Positions 9,122-19,944 of a stretch of DNA of 38,205 bases are shown here, piece by piece. Where the stretch lies: assembly GCA_001781435.1 (NCBI GenBank), contig MFLV01000023.1:11191-49395 (forward strand), given 5' to 3'. Position numbers and translations under genes: made by a program. The notes beneath the pieces were generated by a model. That model saw only the letters and a program-made list of their open reading frames with translations. It was not told the origin of the DNA and ran no database searches. Each line of letters starts with the position of its first letter. Within the stretch, counting starts at the first letter, position 1. The DNA is from Candidatus Kaiserbacteria bacterium RIFCSPLOWO2_01_FULL_51_21. Its GTDB lineage: Bacteria; Patescibacteriota; Minisyncoccia; Phycocordibacterales; 2-01-FULL-51-21.

Positions 9122-9157
9122 AGGATACAAAAATTGGTGGAAGACTCTACAGAACTT

Positions 9158-9949
9158 TTATTGCGATTCCTGAAGATATCTAGAGACAAAAAATTTACCT
9201 TTTTCAGTCAGCGCAATTTGCTCTGAACCCCCTGACCCACTAATAGTGACTAATCCTTTGGTATGAACTAAGGCAAGGATATTCGAATCAATAAGTCGTT
9301 GGTAACCATAATCAGACTGGAATTTTTGAGTTTTGCCTCCATTATTGTAAAGAACCTCTGTCACCTGTCTTATTTTTGGATAAAGATGATTCTTCTTAAA
9401 ATCTTCAAACTCTTGTTCCCATAATTCTTCCTGTGTTGTCACCCCCTTTATAGTTTTTCTTTTTTCCGCTTGACTAGCTTTTGAAGTTGCAATACTTTCC
9501 AACGTTTTTTCTTTTTTTCTTTCGAGTGAGAGAATCCATTGGTCATGTTCATGCCTTTTGGTCTCAAACATCCTTTTTCTCTCAAAACGACTTTCTAAAT
9601 ATTTTTCAAGAGCCCACTTTTGAACACGGGGCAAATACATTATTGTCACCCAAGTAAAAATTGCTGGAGGAATAAGATGCCAGGCATCATTAGCAAGGAA
9701 GTCGAGTATTGGGTTCCCCAGAGAAAAAGAAAGTTCAGATGAAATATATTCGATACGAGGGCTTATGAATAATGACGAATGCTCAAGAAAAATGATTTGA
9801 AAAAACTTCCAGTTCCAAGCTACAAAAAACCCAATATAGGTAAAATATAGAGGGCTACTTGTTTTTTCACTAGACCATTTTGAAAATGATGACCAAAAAC
9901 CATCCATAAAAAGATCTAGAATTTTGTTGAAGTTTGGAACTTCATGCAA
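9158..9949 (-). CDS. AT-rich hypothetical membrane protein between rpsJ and rplC (start may be 9907)
   Basis: 263 aa ORF; two hydrophobic segments, charged helical middle, C-terminal IALTEKG. Confidence 0.8.
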   Translation of the reverse strand: MHEVPNFNKILDLFMDGFWSSFSKWSSEKTSSPLYFTYIGFFVAWNWKFFQIIFLEHSSLFISPRIEYISSELSFSLGNPILDFLANDAWHLIPPAIFTWVTIMYLPRVQKWALEKYLESRFERKRMFETKRHEHDQWILSLERKKEKTLESIATSKASQAEKRKTIKGVTTQEELWEQEFEDFKKNHLYPKIRQVTEVLYNNGGKTQKFQSDYGYQRLIDSNILALVHTKGLVTISGSGGSEQIALTEKGKFFVSRYLQESQ

Positions 9950-9980
9950 TTACCCTACGTCAATTTGGTTTAAAATCAAG

Positions 9981-10016
9981 GAATGAAAAAGCCCCTGAAT
10001 AGGGGCTTTTTCATTC
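9981..10016 (-). terminator. Intrinsic terminator after rpsJ
   Basis: GAATGAAAAAGCCCCT-GAAT-AGGGGCTTTTTCATTC. Confidence 0.8.
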
Positions 10017-10028
10017 TGTGAATCTTCA

Positions 10029-10430
10029 TTAGATCAACTTCACGTCAATGTTGACGCCAGAGGGAAGGTTGAGGTTCGTGAGGGCCTCAATGACCTTCGG
10101 AGAGGGATTCAAGATATCGATGAGACGCCGATGAACCCGCATCTCAAATTGCTCTCGCGCATCTTTATAGATGAAGGTTGAGCGGTTCACCGTATACTTT
10201 TTAATTTCGGTCGGTAAGGGCACCGGGCCAAGGATCTGCGCGTCGTAGCGAAGCGCGGTATCGATAATTTGCTTTACCGATGCATCGAGAATTTTGTGCT
10301 CATAGGCGCGTACGCGGATTCGAAGGCGCGAAACTTCCGGCGCTTTTTCTACCTTTTTCGCCCGCGGTTTCCGGGCTACGGGCAAGCGCGGTTTCTTTTC
10401 TTCTTTTGGAATTTTAGGTTTTGCCGGCAT
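10029..10430 (-). CDS. rpsJ: 30S ribosomal protein S10 with a basic N-terminal extension
   Basis: LRIRVRAYEHKILD, GPVPLPT, REQFEMRVHRRLIDI. Confidence 0.97.
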   Translation of the reverse strand: MPAKPKIPKEEKKPRLPVARKPRAKKVEKAPEVSRLRIRVRAYEHKILDASVKQIIDTALRYDAQILGPVPLPTEIKKYTVNRSTFIYKDAREQFEMRVHRRLIDILNPSPKVIEALTNLNLPSGVNIDVKLI

Positions 10431-10435
10431 TGAGT

Positions 10436-10516
10436 TTAGCTGTTAGCCGTTAGGTATTAACTTCGTTAGCCATCCAGAATTTCTAATGGCTAAGGCAGCT
10501 AACTGCTAATGAAGCT
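10436..10516. repeat. Inverted arrays of TTAGC/GCTAA units at the tuf-rpsJ junction
   Basis: TTAGC TGTTAGC CGTTAGG ... CGTTAGC, then GCTAAG GCAGCTAA CTGCTAA TGAAGCT. Confidence 0.7.
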
Positions 10517-10518
10517 GC

Positions 10519-11712
<1,194 letters not shown>

Positions 11713-11847
11713 AGTGCTTTTGGCTCGTAGAGAGAAGCGAGTGCGCGAGAGAGGCCTCACTTCCTCCTGCGAGCAGACTAAATTGATAATGCCGCAGAGG
11801 ATAACGCCTCTTCAAAACAAAAAGAACGCACCACTGCGATCGTCACT

Positions 11848-11875
11848 ATCATAATCAAACGACAAAAATAGTCAA
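11848..11875 (-). promoter_or_regulatory. Putative sigma70 promoter of tuf
   Basis: TTGACT-16 bp-TATGAT, directly abutting element C. Confidence 0.6.
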
Positions 11876-11910
11876 CCCCGCACTTTCTGGGTATCAAAGA
11901 AAGTGCGGGG
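11876..11910. repeat. Short palindrome C with CCCCG/CGGGG ends (may also act as terminator of the upstream gene)
   Basis: CCCCGCACTTTCT-9 nt-AGAAAGTGCGGGG; no flanking direct repeat. Confidence 0.6.
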
Positions 11911-11919
11911 CGATGCTGT

Positions 11920-12399
11920 TCATATATCCTGATGATCAGCTTCTTCGAGGGCCTGCTTTGCTGTCTCCTTTCCCCAGTACACCATCATCGCGACGCAGAA
12001 ATACTTGTGCGTTACATCAAGACAAGCTGTTTGGTACGCCTCAAAAAGCTCTTCAAGACCGATACCCTTCTCTGCGGCAATGTGAACTTCGAAGTGGAAC
12101 ACGAACCCGCGGTCGTCTTGAAGCTCGCATTCGCTGTCATGCAGCCGAAAATTTATAAGCTCAACGAGTTTCTTAAGTTCCGTATTTTCGTCGAGGAAAT
12201 AATACAGAGGCGCGCACGAGAGAATCGTTCTTGTGTTTCGAATAATCGAGACATCGCAGGTCGTTACAATTGACTCATACACGGCCGTCCGGCGATATAC
12301 GCAGCTTACGCGATCCTCCCGCATACGGCTCCAGTGTTGTTCGGCCGCGAACTTTTCGAACATATGTTCAAGACGCTTCGTGTCATGATGCTCCCGCAT
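11920..12399 (-). CDS. Hypothetical protein, possibly YbjN-like, between fusA and tuf
   Basis: AAAGGAGG site before ATG 12399; LVELINFRL...GFVF...GKETAKQAL pattern resembles YbjN. Confidence 0.6.
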   Translation of the reverse strand: MREHHDTKRLEHMFEKFAAEQHWSRMREDRVSCVYRRTAVYESIVTTCDVSIIRNTRTILSCAPLYYFLDENTELKKLVELINFRLHDSECELQDDRGFVFHFEVHIAAEKGIGLEELFEAYQTACLDVTHKYFCVAMMVYWGKETAKQALEEADHQDI

Positions 12400-12518
12400 G
12401 ACTGCCTCCTTTCGTCTGGAGAGAATTAGAGCACTTTCAAAAAAATCTGTCAAAACAAAACCCGTGCTGCGCGTTTGGCTACGGGGCGAGACATGGTGAA
12501 GCAAAAGTCTGTAAGAAA

Positions 12519-14666
12519 TTATTTACGAGATTCTATAATTGATGCGGCAACCTGTGCAGGTACCGCTTGATAGTGATCAAATTCCATCGTTGAAGTACCC
12601 CGGCCCTCGGTCATGGACCGGAGCTGCGTCGTGTAACCAAACATTTCGGCGAGCGGTACTTTCGCGTCAATGACCTTGAGCATACCGCGGTCAGACATAC
12701 TTTCGATCTGTCCGCGCTTGGAGTTCAAGCTGCCGGTGATGTCTCCCATGAATTTTTCCGGCACCACTACTTCGATTTTCATAATCGGTTCAAGAAGCAC
12801 CGGGCTGGCCCGACGCGCGGCGTCCTGAAACGCTTGTGAGCCTGCAATTTTGAAAGCGATTTCAGAGGAGTCCACCTCATGGTAAGAACCGTCATAGAGT
12901 TCCGCCGAAACGTCCACCATCTTAAAGCCAGCGACGACGCCTCGTTCCATTCCTTCGCGAATGCCTTTTTCAACCGCCGGAATATATTCCTGCGGCACCA
13001 CGCCTCCTTTGATGGCGTTAATGAATTCAAAGTGATCTTCACGAGTGGTATTCTTTGCGATTTTCTTCCCTTCCACCACCGGCTCAAGCGGCTTTACGCG
13101 AATGCGCACATGGCCGTACTGCCCGCGACCGCCGGATTGCTTGATGTATTTCCCTTCCGCCTCCGCTTCTTTCTGAATCGTCTCTTTATAGGCGACTTGA
13201 GGCTTCCCGACATTTGCCTCGACGCCGAATTCGCGTTTCATGCGGTCGACAAGAATGTCGAGGTGCAACTCTCCCATCCCAGAGATAATGGTCTCCATTG
13301 TTTCCTGGTCGCTTGAAATTCGAAAAGTTGGGTCTTCGTCGGAAAGTTTTTTAAGCGCAAGGCCCATTTTCTCCTGGTCGGCTTTGGTTTTCGGCTCGAT
13401 GCGAAGAGACACCACCGGCTCGGGAAAAATAATTTTTTCCAGTATGATCGGTTTATCCGGATCACAGAGTGTATCCCCCGTCCTCGTACTCTTAAGTCCC
13501 ACTGCAGCGGCGATTTCTCCCGCACGCACTTCTTTAAGCTCTTCGCGGTCGTTGGCATGCATGCGAAGTACCCGCCCGATGCGCTCCTTCTCGCCCGTCG
13601 TCGAATTCAAAACGTAGGAACCCGCCGTGAGCGTTCCGGAGTAGACACGAAAATAGGTAAGCTGGCCGACAAAGGGATCAGACTGTAGTTTAAACGCAAG
13701 CGCGGAAAACGGCTCCGAGTCGCTCTCCTGACGAATTATCTCCTCTCCGGTATCAGGGTTTATTCCTTTCACCGGCGGAATATCGAGAGGTGAAGGAAGA
13801 TAATCGGCAACGCCATCGAGCACCAGCTGCACGCCTTTGTTCTTTAAGGCCGAGCCGGCAAATACCGGCACAATGGTGTTCGCAATCGTCGCCTTGCGCA
13901 GAATCCGCTTCAGTTCGTCGAGCGCGATATTCTTCCCGTCCAAAAAACTTGCCATTGCGGCGTCATCTTGTTCAACAATTTTTTCGACAAGTTCAGCCCG
14001 ATACTTCTCTGCATCCGCTTTCAGATGTTCAGGTATTTCTTTTTCCACCACTTTATTGCCCATCTCGCCTTCGAAATAGTAGGCTTTCATCTTGAGAAGG
14101 TCGACGACGCCCTCATGCGCTCCCTCTTCGCCTACCGGGATTTGCATCCGCACCGCATGTTTGGTAAGACGCTCAAGAATGGACTGGAATGAATGCTCAA
14201 AAGACGCGCCCATGCGATCAAGCTTATTGATGAAGCAGATGCGCGGCACTTTATAGTCGTCCGCATAGCGCCAATTGGTTTCTGATTGCGGTTCGACGCC
14301 CGCAACACCGTCAAAAACAACAACCGCGCCGTCAAGAACGCGAAGCGAGCGCTTTACCTCAACCGTGAAATCAATGTGTCCCGGCGTATCAATAATATTG
14401 AAACGGTAGCTGTTTTCCGGAGTCTTGGGCGTATCGGTTTTATTCCAAAAGCAGGTAATCGCGGCGGAGGTAATGGTGATGCCACGCTCGCGCTCCTGCT
14501 CCATCCAGTCCGTCACGGTGTCGCCCTCGTGCACCTCGCCGATCTTATGCGACACGCCAGTATAGAAAAGCACGCGTTCAGACGTCGTGGTTTTCCCCGC
14601 GTCAATGTGCGCAATTATCCCAAAGTTCCTGACTCTCTCTAATGGATAATGTTGTTCCCCTGCCAT
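12519..14666 (-). CDS. fusA: Elongation factor G
   Basis: [33 protein letters not shown]. Confidence 0.99.
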   Translation of the reverse strand: MAGEQHYPLERVRNFGIIAHIDAGKTTTSERVLFYTGVSHKIGEVHEGDTVTDWMEQERERGITITSAAITCFWNKTDTPKTPENSYRFNIIDTPGHIDFTVEVKRSLRVLDGAVVVFDGVAGVEPQSETNWRYADDYKVPRICFINKLDRMGASFEHSFQSILERLTKHAVRMQIPVGEEGAHEGVVDLLKMKAYYFEGEMGNKVVEKEIPEHLKADAEKYRAELVEKIVEQDDAAMASFLDGKNIALDELKRILRKATIANTIVPVFAGSALKNKGVQLVLDGVADYLPSPLDIPPVKGINPDTGEEIIRQESDSEPFSALAFKLQSDPFVGQLTYFRVYSGTLTAGSYVLNSTTGEKERIGRVLRMHANDREELKEVRAGEIAAAVGLKSTRTGDTLCDPDKPIILEKIIFPEPVVSLRIEPKTKADQEKMGLALKKLSDEDPTFRISSDQETMETIISGMGELHLDILVDRMKREFGVEANVGKPQVAYKETIQKEAEAEGKYIKQSGGRGQYGHVRIRVKPLEPVVEGKKIAKNTTREDHFEFINAIKGGVVPQEYIPAVEKGIREGMERGVVAGFKMVDVSAELYDGSYHEVDSSEIAFKIAGSQAFQDAARRASPVLLEPIMKIEVVVPEKFMGDITGSLNSKRGQIESMSDRGMLKVIDAKVPLAEMFGYTTQLRSMTEGRGTSTMEFDHYQAVPAQVAASIIESRK

Positions 14667-14696
14667 AATTAAAAACGCGCCAGTGGCGTGATTGAT

Positions 14697-14724
14697 AGAA
14701 TAGCTAAAACTGGGGAAAATGCAA
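14697..14724 (-). promoter_or_regulatory. Putative sigma70 promoter of fusA
   Basis: TTGCAT-16 bp-TATTCT. Confidence 0.55.
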
Positions 14725-14760
14725 CGTAAGTGTTAGTGTTTTCGCAGAAGGAGATTCCTA

Positions 14761-15051
14761 ATGGCAAAAAGTAAGCACACGCAGGAACTTCGAGCGCTTG
14801 GTTTTTATAAAGTAAAAATGAACGTACGGAATGAATTCAGAAGCATGGTTCGTGCAAAATTTAATCTTAAGGCCCCCTTCCCAGAATCACCACTTAATTT
14901 TACCTCCGGGAAGGATTTCTTTTTCCCAAATTGGGAATACGTTGAGTACACTTTTGCCACAGACGAAACGGGCCAGGCGTGGGGGAGTTTCGGTCTCATT
15001 GATCTTACCCACCTTGGTTTCGTAAACGATTCGCCCTATGACAAAACTTAG
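14761..15051 (+). CDS. Hypothetical protein
   Basis: 96 aa ORF with AAGGAG upstream and a terminator hairpin at the stop. Confidence 0.7.
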   Translation: MAKSKHTQELRALGFYKVKMNVRNEFRSMVRAKFNLKAPFPESPLNFTSGKDFFFPNWEYVEYTFATDETGQAWGSFGLIDLTHLGFVNDSPYDKT

Positions 15052-15076
15052 CCCGACGCGCACGCGTCGGGCTTTT
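15050..15076. terminator. Terminator between two convergent inserted ORFs
   Basis: AGCCCGACGCG-CA-CGCGTCGGGCT followed by T run. Confidence 0.7.
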
Positions 15077-15078
15077 CC

Positions 15079-15303
15079 TCAACTGTCCAGATGAACTGTT
15101 GAGACAGAATCGAGAAAATTGCAATGGCGAATCATCCGCCGGGCCACTTCGAAGCAGATAATCGCACATACTGCCAGAAAGCCACCCGCCATCCACGCTT
15201 GTATGGCCCCAAGTATCAGAGCCATAATGATGGCAACTATTGCCAGTCCGACGAGGTACCGTGCGCGAATCCTATGGTACCTTGTGAAGGTTGTGAGCTG
15301 CAT
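15079..15303 (-). CDS. Small hypothetical membrane protein
   Basis: TAAGGAG before ATG 15303; two hydrophobic segments. Confidence 0.65.
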   Translation of the reverse strand: MQLTTFTRYHRIRARYLVGLAIVAIIMALILGAIQAWMAGGFLAVCAIICFEVARRMIRHCNFLDSVSTVHLDS

Positions 15304-15357
15304 GGTGCCTCTCCTTATTAAGCTTCCCTTATTCAACAATTTTGAAAGCTAAAATGC

Positions 15358-15383
15358 AAACAGCTCACCCAGGTGAGCTGTTT
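15358..15383 (-). terminator. Terminator-like hairpin after rpsG
   Basis: AAACAGCTCACC-CA-GGTGAGCTGTTT. Confidence 0.65.
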
Positions 15384-15424
15384 AATCCCTCACATTCGTT
15401 CGAGATGATTTTGGTCTACCAAAA

Positions 15425-15892
15425 TCACCAAGCGAAGTGGGCAAATGCTTTGTTGGCTTCCGCCATGCGATGAGTATCTTCTTTCTTCTTGAAAGCGGCT
15501 CCCTCGTTGTTTGAAGCCGCAATGATCTCGTCGGCAAGTTTTTTATGCATCGGCACGCCTTTCTTTGAAAGGGCAGCCGCAATGAGCCAGCGATAAGCGA
15601 GGGAGAGACGGCGTTCAGGCCTAACTTCGCGCGGCACTTGATAGTTGGCGCCTCCCACCCGGCGTGAACGCACTTCAACGGCGGGGCTCACATTTTTTAC
15701 TGCCGCTTCAAAAACGGGAAGTGGATCGCCTTTTGTCTTTTCCTTTATTTCGGAGAATGCGCCATAGACAATTTTCCGAGCAGCGCTTTTGTTGCCCTTC
15801 TTCATGATGTAATTGATGAACTTTGTCACCTTCACCGAGTTGTAGGTTACATCAGGAGAGAGTCCGTGTTTTTTCTTCAGCTTCCTTCTCAT
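15425..15892 (-). CDS. rpsG: 30S ribosomal protein S7
   Basis: [28 protein letters not shown]. Confidence 0.98.
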   Translation of the reverse strand: MRRKLKKKHGLSPDVTYNSVKVTKFINYIMKKGNKSAARKIVYGAFSEIKEKTKGDPLPVFEAAVKNVSPAVEVRSRRVGGANYQVPREVRPERRLSLAYRWLIAAALSKKGVPMHKKLADEIIAASNNEGAAFKKKEDTHRMAEANKAFAHFAW

Positions 15893-15901
15893 TTCTTATT
15901 T

Positions 15902-15950
15902 GTAATTCTTAATTCGTACTTCGTTATTCATGATTCCTGCTTCTTGATTC
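15902..15950. repeat. Heptamer array, seven units, filling the rpsL-rpsG spacer
   Basis: GTAATTC TTAATTC GTACTTC GTTATTC ATGATTC CTGCTTC TTGATTC. Confidence 0.85.
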
Positions 15951-16358
15951 CTATTTTGGCCGCTTGGCTCCGTAGGAGCTCCGGCTTGTGCGACGGTTTT
16001 CAACGCCGGCGGCATCGAGCTTGCCGCGGACAATGGTGTAGCGAACGCCGATGTCTTTCACGCGCCCACCGCGAAGTATCACTACCGCGTGTTCCTGAAG
16101 ATTGTGGCCGATGCCCGGAATGTAGGCGGTCACTTCCATACCGTTCGTGAGCCGTACACGAGCAATCTTCCGGACTGCAGAGTTCGGCTTTTTCGGCGTC
16201 TTGGTCGTCACTTTTGTACACACTCCGCGCTTGAAAGGCGAAGGGTAGAAGGTCGGACGGTTTTCAAGCGAATTAAAGCCGCGCGAAAGGGCCACGACTT
16301 TTGACTTGCGTTTTACAATCTTTCTCTTTCGCTTAATTAATTGGTTTATGGTGGACAT
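15951..16358 (-). CDS. rpsL: 30S ribosomal protein S12
   Basis: [34 protein letters not shown]. Confidence 0.98.
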   Translation of the reverse strand: MSTINQLIKRKRKIVKRKSKVVALSRGFNSLENRPTFYPSPFKRGVCTKVTTKTPKKPNSAVRKIARVRLTNGMEVTAYIPGIGHNLQEHAVVILRGGRVKDIGVRYTIVRGKLDAAGVENRRTSRSSYGAKRPK

Positions 16359-16394
16359 CCTAATTCAAAAGGCGGCTTAACCGCCATTGCGGAC

Positions 16395-16423
16395 ACTCTA
16401 CTACACCGATTCTAAGGATGCAA
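16395..16423 (-). promoter_or_regulatory. Putative sigma70 promoter of rpsL-rpsG
   Basis: TTGCAT-17 bp-TAGAGT. Confidence 0.5.
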
Positions 16424-17047
16424 CCCAGTGATGAGCTCGAAAAGAAAACCGACAGCTGCAGAAAAAATCGGAAAAAAGATATACCCAAAAAGGAGAAAAA
16501 AGAGAAGGAGCCCTAGGAGACCAAAGCTCGCGACGCGTTCGCCGAAGTCGATAAAGACGCGCTGTAAGCGGTAGGGCAGGAGCACCGCGAGCACTTTCGA
16601 GCCGTCAATCGGCGGAATAGGAATAAGGTTGAAGATCGCGAGCATGAGGTTATAAATGACAACCACACTCGCAAGCGAGATGAATGACGGAGGTAGAGCC
16701 GTACCCACAAACCGAATAAGAAGTCCGAAAATAATCGCAAGCAAGAGATTAATGCCTGGACCAGCAAGCGCAACAAGCGCTTCCCCCCGCTTCCCCCGTA
16801 AATTGTAAGGGTTATAGGGAACCGGCTTTGCCCAGCCAAACACGACACCGGCATGGGTCAACACGAGGAGCGCAGGCAAAAGCACTGACCCAAACAAGTC
16901 AACATGTTTTATTGGGTTAAGCGTAAGACGTCCGGCAAGGCGCGCAGTCGGGTCGCCAAGCCAATTGGCAACGACGCCATGCATCACCTCGTGAATGACG
17001 ATTGAAAAAATAAGAATGACAAGACCGAAAAATACGTCGAGTTGCAT
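16412..17047 (-). CDS. Site-2 protease family (M50) membrane metalloprotease
   Basis: HEVMH, GDPT..LAGRLTLNP, AGP, FNLIPIPPIDG. Confidence 0.93.
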   Translation of the reverse strand: MQLDVFFGLVILIFSIVIHEVMHGVVANWLGDPTARLAGRLTLNPIKHVDLFGSVLLPALLVLTHAGVVFGWAKPVPYNPYNLRGKRGEALVALAGPGINLLLAIIFGLLIRFVGTALPPSFISLASVVVIYNLMLAIFNLIPIPPIDGSKVLAVLLPYRLQRVFIDFGERVASFGLLGLLLFFLLFGYIFFPIFSAAVGFLFELITGLHP

Positions 17048-17050
17048 GGG

Positions 17051-17168
17051 AGCTTCATTAGTTGTTAGCTGCGTTAGCAGTTAGCGTAATACGAAAAATT
17101 GCAAAAGTATATGGATATGCTACCATGCCTTGCTAACGAAGCTAAAAGCTAATTGCTAAAGAAGCTAA
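17051..17168. repeat. Inverted TTAGC/GCTAA arrays bracketing the putative rpmB promoter
   Basis: TTAG units on the left, GCTAA units on the right; centre TTGCAA-16 bp-TACCAT. Confidence 0.7.
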
Positions 17169-17172
17169 TCCT

Positions 17173-17415
17173 ATGGCCAAAATTTGTCCCGTCACTAAAA
17201 AAACCTCGCAAGTCGGAGGCGGCTACAGCAATCGCACGCGTGCGACGCAATACAACCCTATCGGCAAAACCCGCCGGCAAGTGAATCTTCAAAAAAAGCG
17301 GATTTATATTCCGGAGCTTAAGAAACATATCATTGTCCGCATCTCTACCAAGGGGCTTAAAACCATCAGTAAGAACGGCGCCTACGCAACGCTCAAAAAA
17401 GCGGGAGTGATCTAA
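17173..17415 (+). CDS. rpmB: 50S ribosomal protein L28
   Basis: MAKICPVTKK...TRRQVNLQKKR...RISTKGLKT. Confidence 0.92.
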   Translation: MAKICPVTKKTSQVGGGYSNRTRATQYNPIGKTRRQVNLQKKRIYIPELKKHIIVRISTKGLKTISKNGAYATLKKAGVI

Positions 17416-18272
17416 AAATTCCCAATTTCTGTCTGAACACCGTCAGAGCGCATAATAATCGTTCCCTCCTCGCCCGTGCGAAAAATTCTTACGCCGAATT
17501 TTGAAAGCGTGTCGAGAGTCTCTTGATGCGGATGACCATAACGATTGTCCTTGCCGAGGGATATGACCGCGTACTCTGGCGCAACTGCCGCGATAAAGCC
17601 AGCGCCCGTTGAAGTGCGCGAGCCGTGATGTCCAACTTTGAGTACATCGCTTTTGAGCTCCGTAGGATCAATCGCGAGTAAATGATTTTCTACCTTTTGT
17701 GTCGCATCTCCGGTAAGTAATACTTCGGTTTCGCCATAGACGAGCCGCATGACGATTGAACCATTGTTCGGTGTCTCAGTTGAAACATCGAGGTCGGGAA
17801 AAAGAATTTTCAGATATGCTTCGCCACCGAGATCAACGACTTGTCCGCGGCGCGCGAGCACGCGCGTCGCTCCCTCTGCCGTCACCTCCTTTTCAAATTC
17901 CGGATACATCTGCGATTTCCCCACCGTTCCCGGCTCCATCACGGTTGCGATTTCATATTGCTTCAGCACATCTAAAAATCCGGCAAAGTGGTCCTGGTCA
18001 GGGTTGGTGAGGATAAGCATATCAATCGTGCGGTCATACAGCGGCATTACTTTCCCAAGTTCCTGCAACACCTTTGCGTTCGGTCCTCCATCAATGAGTA
18101 CCTGATTCCCCGCGGGTGACTCGATAAAAATAGAATCGCCCTGTCCGATGTCAAAGAAGACAACCGTAAGTCCTTGCGGCTTTTCGGCGAAAACTGCGTA
18201 GTAGATGAACGCATTCGCAATGAAAAGAGCAAGTACCAAATACCATCTGATATGCCGTCGCACACGTTCCAT
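17412..18272 (-). CDS. ComEC/Rec2-type metallo-beta-lactamase-fold nuclease (stand-alone domain)
   Basis: FDIGQGD, LIDGG, TNPDQDH, LLTGD, KVGHHGS, NRYGHP; N-terminal membrane anchor. Confidence 0.92.
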   Translation of the reverse strand: MERVRRHIRWYLVLALFIANAFIYYAVFAEKPQGLTVVFFDIGQGDSIFIESPAGNQVLIDGGPNAKVLQELGKVMPLYDRTIDMLILTNPDQDHFAGFLDVLKQYEIATVMEPGTVGKSQMYPEFEKEVTAEGATRVLARRGQVVDLGGEAYLKILFPDLDVSTETPNNGSIVMRLVYGETEVLLTGDATQKVENHLLAIDPTELKSDVLKVGHHGSRTSTGAGFIAAVAPEYAVISLGKDNRYGHPHQETLDTLSKFGVRIFRTGEEGTIIMRSDGVQTEIGNF

Positions 18273-18318
18273 GCAAATAGTATATCCCGTATCTCCCCAC
18301 CTAATGAGCGAAACGAAA

Positions 18319-18338
18319 CCATTTGATATATCAAATGG
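18319..18338. repeat. Perfect 20 bp palindrome upstream of the ComEC nuclease gene
   Basis: CCATTTGATA|TATCAAATGG. Confidence 0.85.
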
Positions 18339-18353
18339 CCACTTTGGTTTCCG

Positions 18354-18878
18354 TTAGTATTCAATGATTCGATACTGGCCGCGCTTCAAATTGCCCTCGT
18401 AACCAAGTTCCATAAGTAACGTGTTGAATCCTGTACCATGCCCGACAAGAAGAAGTGTTTCTCCGGGGTGCCGGAGAGCATATTCATCGAGTGCGGTCCG
18501 GTGTCGAGCAATAACATCTTCTTGTAGTTCCCCTCCAAAAGCACGATGGTTATAGGAACCCTCGGAATAGTGCAAAATGCCATACTGCTCAAAAGCCTCC
18601 TGTCGAGTGATTCCATCCAAACTTCCAAACGAACATTCGCGCAAGCGCGCGTCGAGATGCACTGGCGCGCCGAGAAACGAGGCAACGATGTCCGCAGTTT
18701 GCGCCGCGCGTTTCAAGTCAGAACTTATAATCCGATGAATGCTAAGCGGCACAAGCTCTTCGGCAAGCGCGCGAGCTTGTGCTTTGCCGTTTTCATTAAT
18801 TTCAGTATCGGTGTGCCCTTGGAGCCGGTTCTCGACATTCCAATCGGTCTCGGCATGGCGGATGAGGATGAATTTCAT
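18354..18878 (-). CDS. Histidine phosphatase family protein
   Basis: RHAETDWN..RLQG, SSDLKRA.QT, LRE..FG, VGHG; start ATG 18878. Confidence 0.92.
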   Translation of the reverse strand: MKFILIRHAETDWNVENRLQGHTDTEINENGKAQARALAEELVPLSIHRIISSDLKRAAQTADIVASFLGAPVHLDARLRECSFGSLDGITRQEAFEQYGILHYSEGSYNHRAFGGELQEDVIARHRTALDEYALRHPGETLLLVGHGTGFNTLLMELGYEGNLKRGQYRIIEY

Positions 18879-18968
18879 ATTCCTTATATAACAGAAGAAC
18901 CAGCTAAAAAGAAATCGCCCGAGGCACACTTGTGCGCTTCGGGACGATGAAGTTGCTGCAAGACGTTT

Positions 18969-19862
18969 CTATGCCGTTGCTGTCTGGCGTAGCAGGGCGG
19001 CTCGTTTTTGTACGACCTCTTCGGGAACCCGTCTGAGGTCGTAGGCAAGCTTGACCTTGGAGCAGAGCCAGATGGCCCACTTCCCGAAATCGAGCGCCCA
19101 CCAGCGCGGGTCAATGCGACAATCGTCCGGCGCAACGTGGTGGCGACCGTGATCGGTTCCTTCGCCTGCGGTAAGTGGCCCGAGCCATGCATTGCTACGG
19201 CCCGTGCCAACACCGTATCGACTCTTCCCGAAGTAGTGGGCGACGGAATTAATGCTCCAGGTCGTGTGGTACTGGACCACGAGACGCAGAAACCCGCCGA
19301 CTAAAAATCCGCCGACCCAATCGCCCCACAAGGCACCAAGACCTGTCGGTAACCCGAAGCCAACCAGCGCACCGAGCCACACGTGATTCCTCTGTTGCCA
19401 CACGAGGATTGGTTTTCTCATGAGTTTTCGGGCACTCGGGGGCACTTGTCTCGTGGAGTACAGATGCCAGATGCAGTGAGCCCACCAAAAACCATGCAGG
19501 ACCGAGTACGGATCCCTCGGAGTGTCGGTGTACTTATGGTGGTCTATGTGATGACCGCTCCACCACGGGATACCGTCCTGCATTGCACCTGGATTCACCA
19601 CAGCGATGCCTAACTCGAGCGCGCGAGACGCCTTGTAGGAATCGTGAGAGTAGAGCCGATGAGGCCCCATGGTGATGGAGAGGTGAACGAGAAGGAACAG
19701 GAGTCCCGCCATCACCGCGGTATTGATACTGAAGTGGACATAGGCCATGTGCCAGATGGCGACTATCCCCGCCACATGGACGATGGTGAACCACGCGAGC
19801 AGGTCGTATCGAAACGGCCGCTCGCGCGCTGGATTGTACAAAGGCGATATGAGTTCCGCCAC
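18969..19862 (-). CDS. Membrane fatty acid desaturase, delta-9 type
   Basis: His boxes HRLYSH, HIDHH and HGRHH; DPYS..GFWWAH; INSVAH; GGGAGG site before GTG 19862. Confidence 0.9.
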   Translation of the reverse strand: MAELISPLYNPARERPFRYDLLAWFTIVHVAGIVAIWHMAYVHFSINTAVMAGLLFLLVHLSITMGPHRLYSHDSYKASRALELGIAVVNPGAMQDGIPWWSGHHIDHHKYTDTPRDPYSVLHGFWWAHCIWHLYSTRQVPPSARKLMRKPILVWQQRNHVWLGALVGFGLPTGLGALWGDWVGGFLVGGFLRLVVQYHTTWSINSVAHYFGKSRYGVGTGRSNAWLGPLTAGEGTDHGRHHVAPDDCRIDPRWWALDFGKWAIWLCSKVKLAYDLRRVPEEVVQKRAALLRQTATA

Positions 19863-19944
19863 GGGCGACCTCCCCATTTGTGTTGCAGTTCTACTCCGAT
19901 AGTAACAATTCATCACAGAAACACAATTGCGCTATACTATCCGT

